64,000 nucleotides of DNA, taken from positions 1 through 64,000 of IMG/VR virus record IMGVR_UViG_3300046002_003930; one strand, 5' to 3'. Both the position numbers and the translations under genes were made by a program. This document shows positions 18,464 to 27,369 of this stretch, piece after piece. This DNA comes from a virus. Taxonomy: Duplodnaviria; Heunggongvirae; Uroviricota; Caudoviricetes. Every line of letters starts with the position of its first letter. Position 1 is the stretch's first letter. The notes under the pieces are model-generated. The model ran no database searches. It was not told the DNA's origin and worked only from the letters and a program-made list of their open reading frames with translations.

Positions 18464-18821
18464 TTATTTTTACGCAACCGGCGATGATAAAGCAGGTAAC
18501 CTGCTTATCACGTCGTACAAGAAAGAAGACCAAGCGAAGAAATATCGTGCAGGTTGCGAGGTTTTTGAAGGTCTAAAGTATCTTGACGTTGTAGAAAGCA
18601 AAGTCACTGGTAACTATACCGGCCTTCTGCTGCGTACTCTCATTGCTAAGCGTGATGCATCTGAGAAAATGGCGGGTAACTTCGTCATTTATGCTCGCAT
18701 CAACGGTGAGTGGTTCCAGACTGAATTCCGCTATGGCACTTATAGTGCAGCTAACACAGCTGTAAAAGGTGCTCTTATTCAACTTTATGATGCTTGTGCG
18801 GTGATTGAAGAAGATGATTGA
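18453..18821 (+). CDS. hypothetical protein
   Basis: 122-aa ORF. Confidence 0.45.
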   Translation: MTGSYFYATGDDKAGNLLITSYKKEDQAKKYRAGCEVFEGLKYLDVVESKVTGNYTGLLLRTLIAKRDASEKMAGNFVIYARINGEWFQTEFRYGTYSAANTAVKGALIQLYDACAVIEEDD

Positions 18822-19135
18822 CGAATACTTCGCAGAGCAACTTTACTGTGATCAGCACGGTCCTAGCGCATGGCACGTACTAACTGATGCAGGACGTGAA
18901 ATGTATGTTAAACGCTATCAAGCCGCGTTTGATCGTGCTGATCTACTTCGCCGTGAACACAATGGAGAATTCGATTGATTAAAGAAATGTATGATGACTA
19001 CGCCATAGAAACACAATTATTTTATGAGAACGTTGTGGACGGGCATGGGCAGATGTATCCAGAAGATGAAGAAATCTACGAACGTAGATTACGTATTCAA
19101 GAGAGCGTAGCTGAATGGTTACTGGAGCATAGACT

Positions 19136-19402
19136 GTGAGAGTATTTATTCCACTAATTATTATGTACGGAGCCTGCTATATCGCTATCGCAGTGCACTT
19201 GAAACGTCTTACAGCCAAGCTTGCGGTCTTCGCCGCTATCTTAACGTCTATTGCTATGGCAGCTCTCGCACTCGCAGCTCTGCTTCTAGATCAAGGGTAC
19301 GTCTGGACACAGTTCGTCCTTCCTATTCTCGCCGTTTTTGGCCTTCTTGGCTTCTACAAAATCGCATCCATGATGGCTGCGAATCTTAACAAAGGAAAAT
19401 AA
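19136..19402 (+). CDS. small three-TM membrane protein (holin-like topology)
   Basis: 88 aa with three hydrophobic segments and charged C-terminus. Confidence 0.4.
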   Translation: MRVFIPLIIMYGACYIAIAVHLKRLTAKLAVFAAILTSIAMAALALAALLLDQGYVWTQFVLPILAVFGLLGFYKIASMMAANLNKGK

Positions 19403-19404
19403 AC

Positions 19405-20223
19405 TTGAAGAAAATTCTTATGGTTACGGCCGCTATTATGGCTGCTGTGTCGCTCTCGGCTTGTGGTGAAACCGTTCAACCCGGCTCCGGCGGTGTAAAG
19501 ATCAACAGCCTCGCCGGTGGCGTTCAACAAGAAGCTCTAGGTTCTGGCTGGCATGGTGCCATGCCTTTCGTCGAGCGTATTGAACAGTATCCGACGATTC
19601 AGCGTACTTATACCTATACGCGCGAAGAAAATGCTGATGGTGCTGAGAACGAAGAAATCACCTTCACTGACCGTACTGGCCTGGCAATGACCGCAGACGT
19701 TCAGCTGGTTCTCTCGGCAAACCAAGCTACGCTTCCCCGCCTGTACACGAAGTACCGCCTGACCTTCGATCAGCTTCTGGACGGTCCGATTCGTAACGAT
19801 GTGCGTACTGCCATCGCTGCTGAAACTGAGCGCGTTGGTGTCGATCAACTTCTGGCCGGTGGACGTCAGGAAGTCATTCGTCGCGCGTTCCTGCGAGTTC
19901 AGCGTAAGTGGGCTGCTGAAGGCGTCACCATCTCCCAGCTCGACTGGATTGGTGCGATTCGCTTCCCGAACGTGATTACTGCGGCAATTCAGGCGCGTAC
20001 TCAAGCCGATCAGCAAGTGAACTCGGCACGTGCTCGTGTTGCCGTTGCTGAAGCCCAAGCCGCTGAAAAGATCGCGGTTGCTCGTGGTGACGCGGAAGCC
20101 TATCGTCTGCGCTCTAGCGAACTTACTCCGCTGATCGTACAGCAACAAGCTATCGCTAAGTGGGACGGCCGCCTGCCTACGACTATGGCTGGAGATGCTC
20201 CTCCGTTTCTGAGCCTGCGTTAA
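19405..20223 (+). CDS. SPFH/band-7 (HflK/C-like) domain lipoprotein
   Basis: MKKILMVTAAIMAAVSLSAC lipobox; C-terminal alanine-rich coiled segment typical of the SPFH family. Confidence 0.55.
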   Translation: MKKILMVTAAIMAAVSLSACGETVQPGSGGVKINSLAGGVQQEALGSGWHGAMPFVERIEQYPTIQRTYTYTREENADGAENEEITFTDRTGLAMTADVQLVLSANQATLPRLYTKYRLTFDQLLDGPIRNDVRTAIAAETERVGVDQLLAGGRQEVIRRAFLRVQRKWAAEGVTISQLDWIGAIRFPNVITAAIQARTQADQQVNSARARVAVAEAQAAEKIAVARGDAEAYRLRSSELTPLIVQQQAIAKWDGRLPTTMAGDAPPFLSLR

Positions 20224-20231
20224 TCTGAGAA

Positions 20232-20259
20232 AGCCCGCTACACTTTGGTGTAGCGGGCT
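20232..20259 (+). terminator. stem-loop terminator after the SPFH gene
   Basis: AGCCCGCTACAC-TTTG-GTGTAGCGGGCT. Confidence 0.5.
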
Positions 20260-20276
20260 AAGTCAGTAGAAAAGGA

Positions 20277-20663
20277 TTGAAAATGTTTCCCCTAACTGAA
20301 CGCGAACATAACTTTATCGAAGAACGTATTCAGGCTATTCCTGAACTCATCGTAGCTGCTGCTGTGCGCTACGGCCGTCAGATCATGTTTGTAGAGCGCC
20401 CCGGCAGACACCACGATTCGTTTATAAATCGTGGAAAAGGTGTCGAAGGGGAATGCGGCTTTGTGACTAGCCGTGGGCGTTTTGTAGGGCGTGTAGAAGC
20501 TGGACGAATTGCGCTGACCAACTGGCAGGGCAGCCCTAGACCGGGTAAATCTAATCCGAATGGCTGCTTATTTTCAGAGGATATGTGGCATAATTCTAGC
20601 ATTGAAGGTCCGTTTGCAACAGAACAATATAAGGCAGAGCTCGTTGAACACTATAACTCGTAA
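20277..20663 (+). CDS. hypothetical protein
   Basis: 128-aa ORF. Confidence 0.45.
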   Translation: MKMFPLTEREHNFIEERIQAIPELIVAAAVRYGRQIMFVERPGRHHDSFINRGKGVEGECGFVTSRGRFVGRVEAGRIALTNWQGSPRPGKSNPNGCLFSEDMWHNSSIEGPFATEQYKAELVEHYNS

Positions 20664-20872
20664 AGAACATCGACAATTTTGTAAAGGTGCTGTATTGGCG
20701 TATCTTTATGGTACACGAAACGCATCCATAATTGCTGTGCGTCCTGAATTTAGACAGCCGTCATTGCTTAGTAATGAATCGTTAGGGTTAGAGCCTTATA
20801 GTAACCCAAAATAAAGCCCTTGACTTTTGCCGGTCAAGGGCCTATACTGTTTAAAGATTAGGAGAAAATCAA

Positions 20873-21718
20873 TTGAAACAACGCAGCAACCCACTTTCTT
20901 GGATTACAGTAGACGACGCAGAACTCTCGGTTGATAAGTTCCCGGATGGTTCGTTCCGATTTACTATCAGTAACATCAATACCGTCTATTCTAGCATTGT
21001 TGGGCCTAGATTTAATGTAACACTTAAAAGCACCTTGCCGGAAGCGCTACATGCCTGTTTCCAAGTGTGTAGTGCACTGCTTGATAGCTTTAATACTTGC
21101 TATATTGCTCTTACAGTTCAAACCTTCCCAGACCAACGTGCTGATCGCTCAGAAAAGCCCGGTATGGCTATTCCGGCAATCGCTACATGCACATTTCTGG
21201 CTGCTATGCCCGTAGATGAAATCGTTATTTTCGATATTCACAATAAGTCTGTTCTGGAAGCACTTAAAATTGGCTGCAAATATAACGAAATTAAAGTCCG
21301 CCATGTGGAGCCGCTTGATTGTTTAATTGAGGCTTTAAAGCTTGATGATCTTGACCCTGCAACATCAATCGACTATGTTGTAGCAGTTGATAAAGGTGCG
21401 GTTCATCGTGCTGAAACGGTTGCAGAGTACTATGGCGCTGAAGTCATTTACTGCGATAAAAAGCGTGTTGATGGTAAAATTATCGGGCACGAAATTGTAG
21501 CTCAACCAGACGGGCCTATGGCCGGAAAAAACATCTGGGTTGTGGATGACCTGTGCGACGGTGGTGCTACCTTTATTAGTGTTGCCAAGTTGTTGCGCGA
21601 ACATTACAACTTTCACGATCTAAATCTTTACGTAACTCATGGACTGTTCTCCAAAGGCAAGGAAGAACTGTTCCAACACTATACCACTATCCTTGCCCTT
21701 TTCGATTATGGAGCCTAA
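20873..21718 (+). CDS. ribose-phosphate pyrophosphokinase-like / phosphoribosyltransferase-domain protein
   Basis: Promoter-in-hairpin GCCCTTGACTTTTGCCGGTCAAGGGCCTATACT upstream; PRPP-binding motif VVDDLCDGGAT. Confidence 0.6.
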   Translation: MKQRSNPLSWITVDDAELSVDKFPDGSFRFTISNINTVYSSIVGPRFNVTLKSTLPEALHACFQVCSALLDSFNTCYIALTVQTFPDQRADRSEKPGMAIPAIATCTFLAAMPVDEIVIFDIHNKSVLEALKIGCKYNEIKVRHVEPLDCLIEALKLDDLDPATSIDYVVAVDKGAVHRAETVAEYYGAEVIYCDKKRVDGKIIGHEIVAQPDGPMAGKNIWVVDDLCDGGATFISVAKLLREHYNFHDLNLYVTHGLFSKGKEELFQHYTTILALFDYGA

Positions 21719-23216
21719 CTTGAACTATTCTGTCCCCGCTATTTTCGCTACCGATGCTTACAAACTGAGCCATTCGGAAATGTACCCTGAGGGTATGGAG
21801 CTGCTGTTCTCCACTTGGGTTCCTCGCTCGGACCGCCTTGCTAGGACGACTTCGCGTCAACTCGACGGCGATAACTCTGTCGTGTTCTTTGGCATCACGC
21901 AAACCATGAATAAGATGGAAAGCATCTTTGGTGAGTGGTTTGACCGCGACACTGAAGAAGTTGTGGATGAATACATCGACTTTATCAAGCTGTTCCTTAA
22001 AGTTACGCCAAATGCGCTGCAAGTTGAACGCATTCGTGACCTGCATGAACTTGGTTATCTGCCGATTAAAGTCTTGTATCTTCCGGAAGGCACAGTCACC
22101 AAAACCGGCGTCTGCCAAGCTGTAATTTTCAATACTCTGCCAGAGTTCGCGTGGGTTACTAACTATCTGGAAACTCTCTTCTCCACTCTGCAGTGGAATG
22201 CGCAAACCGTCGCGTCTATCGCACGGAACTACCGCAAGCTGTGTGACGAGTTTGCTGAACTCACTTGCGAAAACAACCTGCACGTTGACTGGCAGTGCCA
22301 CGACTTCTCTATGCGCGGTCTTTCCTCGCTAGAGACTTCGTCGACTGCTCAGCTGGGCCACCTGCTGTATTTCAACGGTACGGACACGCTGCCGACACTG
22401 TTCGAAGGTCAGAAGCTGTATGAAGATTTCGATATCGCCACCTTTGGCTCGGTACCAGCTTCGGAACACAGCGTTATGTGTGCGCACGGTGAAATGTCGG
22501 AAACGGATACTTTCCGTCACATCATGAATGCATTCCCCGTGGGCATTGCTTCTATCGTGTCTGATACGTGGGATTTCTGGAAAGTTCTGACGGTAACTCT
22601 GCCAGAACTCAAAGACGAAATCATGCAGCGCGATGGCAAGATTGTTATTCGTCCGGACAGTGGAGACCCGGTTGACATCATCTGCGGTGACGCAAATGCT
22701 GAGTGGGGCTCTCCTGCTTCGCAGGGCGCAATCCAACTTCTGTGGAATGTGTTTGGCGGCACTGTGAACGCCAAGGGCTACAAAGTTCTTGACCAACACA
22801 TTGGCCTGATCTATGGTGACTCGATCACTCTTGATCGTGCTAAGCGCATCTTTGAACGCCTTGCCGCGAATGGCTTTGCTTCGTCAAACGTTGTTCTTGG
22901 TGTTGGTTCGTTCACGTATCAATGCAACACGCGTGACACTTATGGCTTCGCCATGAAAGCCACTGGTGCCATTGTTAACGGTGAAGAACGCGCACTGTTC
23001 AAAGACCCGGTCACTGATGACGGCACTAAGACGTCCTTCAAGGGCTTCCTTAGCACTCGTTATGATGAAGTGCGCGACGAGTACTACACTGTTGATCGTC
23101 TGACTTTCGACGAAGCCGTGTTTGACCCGGAAAGCGCGTTCATTGAGCACGACTTCGAGTTTGTCAGCAATACTGCAAACTCATGGGAAGAGGTGCGCTG
23201 GCTTGCACGCCAGTAA
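21708..23216 (+). CDS. nadV: nicotinamide phosphoribosyltransferase (NadV/NAMPT-like)
   Basis: About 500 aa; IVIRPDSGDPVDII matches the NAMPT RPDSGDP signature; start overlaps the PRPP-synthetase stop. Confidence 0.6.
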   Translation: MEPNLNYSVPAIFATDAYKLSHSEMYPEGMELLFSTWVPRSDRLARTTSRQLDGDNSVVFFGITQTMNKMESIFGEWFDRDTEEVVDEYIDFIKLFLKVTPNALQVERIRDLHELGYLPIKVLYLPEGTVTKTGVCQAVIFNTLPEFAWVTNYLETLFSTLQWNAQTVASIARNYRKLCDEFAELTCENNLHVDWQCHDFSMRGLSSLETSSTAQLGHLLYFNGTDTLPTLFEGQKLYEDFDIATFGSVPASEHSVMCAHGEMSETDTFRHIMNAFPVGIASIVSDTWDFWKVLTVTLPELKDEIMQRDGKIVIRPDSGDPVDIICGDANAEWGSPASQGAIQLLWNVFGGTVNAKGYKVLDQHIGLIYGDSITLDRAKRIFERLAANGFASSNVVLGVGSFTYQCNTRDTYGFAMKATGAIVNGEERALFKDPVTDDGTKTSFKGFLSTRYDEVRDEYYTVDRLTFDEAVFDPESAFIEHDFEFVSNTANSWEEVRWLARQ

Positions 23217-23284
23217 GCTCTAAAATAGCACTTGACTTTGGTCTCTCCTTAGGTTATTATTAATAATCATCAAGGGAGAGACCA

Positions 23285-23473
23285 ATGTACATTTTTACGC
23301 AAACTTTCAAGTCTACAAAAGACGTTCGACATTTGGTTGTTGAGCTAAAAACCGACGAAGAGGCTCGCGCATATGCAGAGGCTCTTCTAGACTCTAGTGT
23401 TGATATTACTAGCGTGCGCGTGTTTAAAGAGCTGGCATTTGTCCGTAAAGTAGAAAGCAAGGTGTGGTCGTGA
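23285..23473 (+). CDS. hypothetical protein
   Basis: T5-type promoter at about 23228-23262, RBS GGGAGAG then ATG. Confidence 0.45.
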   Translation: MYIFTQTFKSTKDVRHLVVELKTDEEARAYAEALLDSSVDITSVRVFKELAFVRKVESKVWS

Positions 23474-23724
23474 AGTTGACCCAAGAACAACTCAATGAAC
23501 TCATTTATGCGCTGCAAGGCTCATGCTCGACTATTGCTGAGCAACTTGAGATGCGTTGGGAAATGAGTGAAGATGACCTAACTATGGAGGACTGTCTCGC
23601 AATTGATGACGCTATTTTCTGTTGCTCAGTGTGCAGCTGGTGGTGCCCGGTTAGTGAAGAAACTGCCACCGCTCAAGGAGAGTCCGACTTAGGCTGTTCC
23701 GACTGTTTTCCAGAAGAAGACTAG
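23464..23724 (+). CDS. Cys-rich small protein
   Basis: CCSVCSWWCPV...CSDCF cysteine cluster. Confidence 0.45.
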   Translation: MVVKLTQEQLNELIYALQGSCSTIAEQLEMRWEMSEDDLTMEDCLAIDDAIFCCSVCSWWCPVSEETATAQGESDLGCSDCFPEED

Positions 23725-24005
23725 TGGAGTTTATGAAAGCTAAACGCCCTCCTCCACCACAGACGGTGGAGGAGGTTTTGGCGTGGTGGGAAGACCGCGC
23801 GTTTGATATGCCAGATTGGTATTGGGAGCCACCAAATTGATATTTCTATTTTTCTTTTCACTATTTGCCGCTATTTGGAACTATTCTTTATGGGCGGCGT
23901 ATAGTCAGTCGAATGATTATTATTATAACCAACAGAAAAATGGCTGGTGGACTATATTCTACGCTTGTTTGATGTTGTATTGTGCTTTTAAATTGGATTT
24001 TTAAT

Positions 24006-24599
24006 ATGACTACCTCTTGGGTCGTAGCCGACCCACATTTTGGCCATCTAGGCGTGTGCAAATTTCTGCACCCCAATGGCACTGACCCCTTGCGACCTTG
24101 GGATACTCCCGAGGAAATGGACGAAGCTTTAGTTGAGAACTGGAACGAAGTTGTGCGTCCGGCTGACCGCGTTAACCTGCTTGGTGACGTGGTGATTAAC
24201 CGCCGCTGCCTAGTAACTCTGGGCAGGTTGAATGGGCGTATTCGTCTGGTTAAAGGCAACCACGACATTTTCAAGCTTGCTGATTACCTTCCGTATGTAG
24301 ACGACATTGCTGCTTATCATGTGACCAAAGGCCCACAGGGCGGCAAAGTTATCATGAGTCATATTCCAATTCATCCAGAGTCTCTGGGACGTTTTGGAGT
24401 AAATATTCATGGCCACCTTCATGCCCATGTTGTAACAAAAACAACACAGCGCAAGTCTGAACTGGAAGGTTGGACAGAAACAGTACCAGATCTACGGTAT
24501 GTTTGCGTCTCTGTAGAGCAGACAAACTGGAGACCAATCACGCTTGAAGAAGCAATGTCAAGAGCAGAGCCAACAGATGAGAGTGCATATTCTCACTAG
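24006..24599 (+). CDS. calcineurin-like metallophosphoesterase
   Basis: VVADPHFGH, GDVV and GNHD motifs; start at internal ATG 24006. Confidence 0.6.
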   Translation: MTTSWVVADPHFGHLGVCKFLHPNGTDPLRPWDTPEEMDEALVENWNEVVRPADRVNLLGDVVINRRCLVTLGRLNGRIRLVKGNHDIFKLADYLPYVDDIAAYHVTKGPQGGKVIMSHIPIHPESLGRFGVNIHGHLHAHVVTKTTQRKSELEGWTETVPDLRYVCVSVEQTNWRPITLEEAMSRAEPTDESAYSH

Positions 24600-24664
24600 T
24601 AGCTTTGAAAATAGTACTTGACATTTGAGTCGAAAGTTGCTATTATGTTTTATAAAGGATTATT

Positions 24665-24931
24665 ATGATTAATAAAGATACACGACTACACCCCTTCGAA
24701 GTTAGTTTTGCTGCAATGGTGAAGAAGGCCAGAGCGTCTGCACGAGAGCGTGTACTAAGACCGCGCGCTAAAGAAATCCCAGCGCATATTCTTCCACGAA
24801 TGGATGAAGAGCTTGGCTATGGGATGTACAACTATCGTCTCGATCAGTGGGTTAAGGAAGAATATGCGCAATATCATCGTATTTTCCGAACAGAAGCTCT
24901 AGCAGAGACTTGGTACCGAGGACTAATTTAA
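24665..24931 (+). CDS. hypothetical protein
   Basis: Promoter TACTTGACATTTGAGTCGAAAGTTGCTATTATG upstream. Confidence 0.45.
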   Translation: MINKDTRLHPFEVSFAAMVKKARASARERVLRPRAKEIPAHILPRMDEELGYGMYNYRLDQWVKEEYAQYHRIFRTEALAETWYRGLI

Positions 24932-24959
24932 GACGGAGATAAACCTCCAAAGGAGGCAC

Positions 24960-25298
24960 GTGACTTACACGCCTGATTTAACTAAACAAATTATTAGCGA
25001 CTACGAAGCTAATCCTACAAGAGAAAACGTAGATGTAATTGCAGACCGGATTGGAAAGCCTTCCCGGTCTGTTATTGCAAAACTAGCCGCCGCTGGTGTT
25101 TATAACACACCAGCTAAGACGACTAAAACGGGCGACCTTATTATTAAAAAGGAAGAGCTCGTAGCTGATATTGAGAAGTGGCTCAACATTGTAGCCCCTA
25201 GCCTCGCAAAAACTAACAAACTCGATCTTCGTGAACTTCATAGGGCAGTAGAATGCAAGACTGGAAATACGCACACAAAGGCTCTGACGAATACGTGA
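24960..25298 (+). CDS. small protein, paralog family member 3 (GTG start)
   Basis: Strong RBS AAAGGAGG then GTG; VIADRIGKPSRSVIAKLAAAGVY and KEELVADIEKWL modules shared with 1804, 4231, 47533 and 51651. Confidence 0.5.
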   Translation: MTYTPDLTKQIISDYEANPTRENVDVIADRIGKPSRSVIAKLAAAGVYNTPAKTTKTGDLIIKKEELVADIEKWLNIVAPSLAKTNKLDLRELHRAVECKTGNTHTKALTNT

Positions 25299-25433
25299 GC
25301 CTCGTAGGGCTAATTCGAAATATGTTTCGAGTTAAATTTGAAGAAGATATTCTGACAATCGCCACTAGGGATTCTGAAGTAAGAATCAAAACAAAAGATG
25401 GCTGGGCTATGCTTGGTCAAGAGGAAGAAGTAT

Positions 25434-25754
25434 ATGAAATCTAAAGAAAATACTTTAGCAATGATTCTTGCTGCCAGCATTATCGTAATAGGCGCTGTAG
25501 TAGGAATTGGTGCTATCATCTGGATGTCAGCAGTGACATTAACATGGCTATGGATGTGGTTTATAGTGCCTCTAGGCGTTATGCAGCTATCTTTGGCTCA
25601 CGCTTTTGGTATTTCAGGTATTGTTTACTACCTTACGTACCGCCCAATTACCCACACAGTAGATAAAGAACAAGCCGTTAAAGCTATGGTTCAAACGGCG
25701 CTTGTTCCATTCACTGCTCTTGGTCTTGGGTATATCTATCAACTATTTATGTAA
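25434..25754 (+). CDS. membrane protein
   Basis: RBS GAGGAAGAAG then ATG 25434; three hydrophobic helices. Confidence 0.45.
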   Translation: MKSKENTLAMILAASIIVIGAVVGIGAIIWMSAVTLTWLWMWFIVPLGVMQLSLAHAFGISGIVYYLTYRPITHTVDKEQAVKAMVQTALVPFTALGLGYIYQLFM

Positions 25755-25783
25755 ACAGCGGCTTCCGGGCCTTTAGGATAATA

Positions 25784-25993
25784 ATGACCATACTTGCGTT
25801 TAAACCGCGACCAAAACCAGCCGTAATTGAACTTCCACCAACCAATCATGTCCCGCCTAGCATAACTACAATGGTGGCTAAAATCACACAGTGGGCAGCT
25901 GATATGGGTGTAGATGTAGAAACTACAGACTTTAAATACGAAACCGCTACTATTATGACGGTTATGCAAGGAATGATACATAAAGTAAAATGA
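25784..25993 (+). CDS. hypothetical protein
   Basis: 69-aa ORF. Confidence 0.4.
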   Translation: MTILAFKPRPKPAVIELPPTNHVPPSITTMVAKITQWAADMGVDVETTDFKYETATIMTVMQGMIHKVK

Positions 25994-26355
25994 TTGAACT
26001 TTTTGAAAAAACCGCATCTGACGAATACAAACATTTCGATGCTTTTACCTTGCGGCTTGACGAATGCAACCCAAATATTGCCACATTGCTAGGAGCAGGC
26101 ATCGGCCTTTCCGGTGAAGTTGGTGAATTTAATGAAATTCTCAAGAAACACGTATTTCAAGGTAAGGACTTCGATGAAGTCCATGCAAAGAAAGAGCTTG
26201 GAGACATTCTCTGGTATTTTCTAGCAGCTTGTTATGCGCTAGATACGACTCCCGAAGAAATCTACACGATTGTCTCGGATAAACTCCACGCCAGGTATAG
26301 TACTGGCAAATTTACCATCGCCGAAAGCGAAAACAGAAAAGAAGACGACGTATGA
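25990..26355 (+). CDS. MazG-like nucleotide pyrophosphohydrolase
   Basis: GEVGEFNEILKKH...KKELGDILWYFLAACYAL, the EExxE/D-GD pattern of the MazG family. Confidence 0.55.
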   Translation: MIELFEKTASDEYKHFDAFTLRLDECNPNIATLLGAGIGLSGEVGEFNEILKKHVFQGKDFDEVHAKKELGDILWYFLAACYALDTTPEEIYTIVSDKLHARYSTGKFTIAESENRKEDDV

Positions 26356-26561
26356 GAGTAGAAGTTCGAAATGGCAATCTAGAGCGTGCCATGAAAGTGT
26401 TGAAGCGCAAGCTTGTTGATGACGGTATGTTCCGTGAACTCCAAGCACGTCAGGCCTATGAAAAGCCTAGCGATAAACGCAAACGTGAGCACACTAATGC
26501 AGTTCTAAGGCAGCGTAAAGCTGATAAAGAACGTACTGAACACATTCTACCCAACGTATAA
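26352..26561 (+). CDS. rpsU: 30S ribosomal protein S21 (bS21) homolog
   Basis: 69 aa; VEVRNGNLERAMKVLKRKLVDDGMFRELQARQAYEKPSDKRKRE aligns with the E. coli RpsU core (ALRRFKR...YEKPT.ERKR). Confidence 0.7.
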   Translation: MRVEVRNGNLERAMKVLKRKLVDDGMFRELQARQAYEKPSDKRKREHTNAVLRQRKADKERTEHILPNV

Positions 26562-26570
26562 GGAAAAACT

Positions 26571-26996
26571 ATGAATATTGCACTTGTTAAACACGACGGT
26601 ACGGCTCTTAATATGCCTGCTAAAAGCATCCAAGGTATTCTGCCTGTTGAACCAACCGAAGATGCGGCCGATCTAAACTCGGTTCTATTTTCCGGTTTCC
26701 GTGGCGGTGCCACTTTCTACCTTCAAGACTCTGCAAATGACGTCTTTGAGGCGATTAAGGCACAGTCAAAAGAAGTTGAGGGATGGGCACAGTTCTCTCA
26801 CATTATCGAAGGTCAGAACATCTATCTGAAAACTCCGCTGGTCGAAGGCTACGACGAAGTGAAGACCGCCGATGATATGTTTTATCGCGTTTGGGTCAAC
26901 AACGGAACCGGACTAGAGACTATGGAGACTTGTAAGCATACCCCAGAAAATCTAGAAGCATTGACTGCAGCTATTGCCGCGAAAGGTGTCGTTTAA
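26571..26996 (+). CDS. hypothetical protein
   Basis: RBS AAGGAAAAAC then ATG. Confidence 0.5.
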   Translation: MNIALVKHDGTALNMPAKSIQGILPVEPTEDAADLNSVLFSGFRGGATFYLQDSANDVFEAIKAQSKEVEGWAQFSHIIEGQNIYLKTPLVEGYDEVKTADDMFYRVWVNNGTGLETMETCKHTPENLEALTAAIAAKGVV

Positions 26997-27133
26997 TGTT
27001 CCATAAGCGAAAAGATAAGGGCTGTGAAGCTAAAATCATGGCTGTTGTAGGTGAGCGGGTTCTTATTGAATCCCGCTGGCCTAAAAATGGTCGGAATATC
27101 CTCTTCGTATCAAAAGATTATTTCCAGGAGCGT

Positions 27134-27338
27134 TATGGAATCGCCGCTTGACCCTAAGGTCGCCCATCAGATTAAGATGGCAGCAAAAGAAATGCTGCGA
27201 GCTCGACGCTATGAAACGGAGTATAATCCGATTTTGTATATTCCAGCAAATCTGAGCGCAAACCATCCAGATAGTGGTATGTCAATGGCAGACCACGAAA
27301 AGGAAAAAGAAGCAAGGAAAACCCAAAAAAGTTCTTGA
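27134..27338 (+). CDS. hypothetical protein
   Basis: RBS CAGGAGCG then ATG 27134; stop TGA lies inside the -35 TTGACT of the next promoter. Confidence 0.4.
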
Positions 27339-27363
27339 CTTTTTGGGCAGATCTTGCTATTAT
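27335..27363 (+). promoter_or_regulatory. T5-type promoter (TTGACT-17-TATTAT) driving the tmRNA locus
   Basis: AAAAAAGTTCTTGACTTTTTGGGCAGATCTTGCTATTATAAGAG. Confidence 0.65.
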
Positions 27364-27369
27364 AAGAGA

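Noticed and set aside
19537-20148. 203-aa minus-strand ORF (and similar minus ORFs 21687-22301, 22329-22799, 16884-17270, 27172-27621)
   Set aside because: Each lies entirely antisense to a well-supported plus-strand gene (SPFH lipoprotein, NAMPT, tmRNA locus etc.) with no promoter or RBS; treated as shadow ORFs
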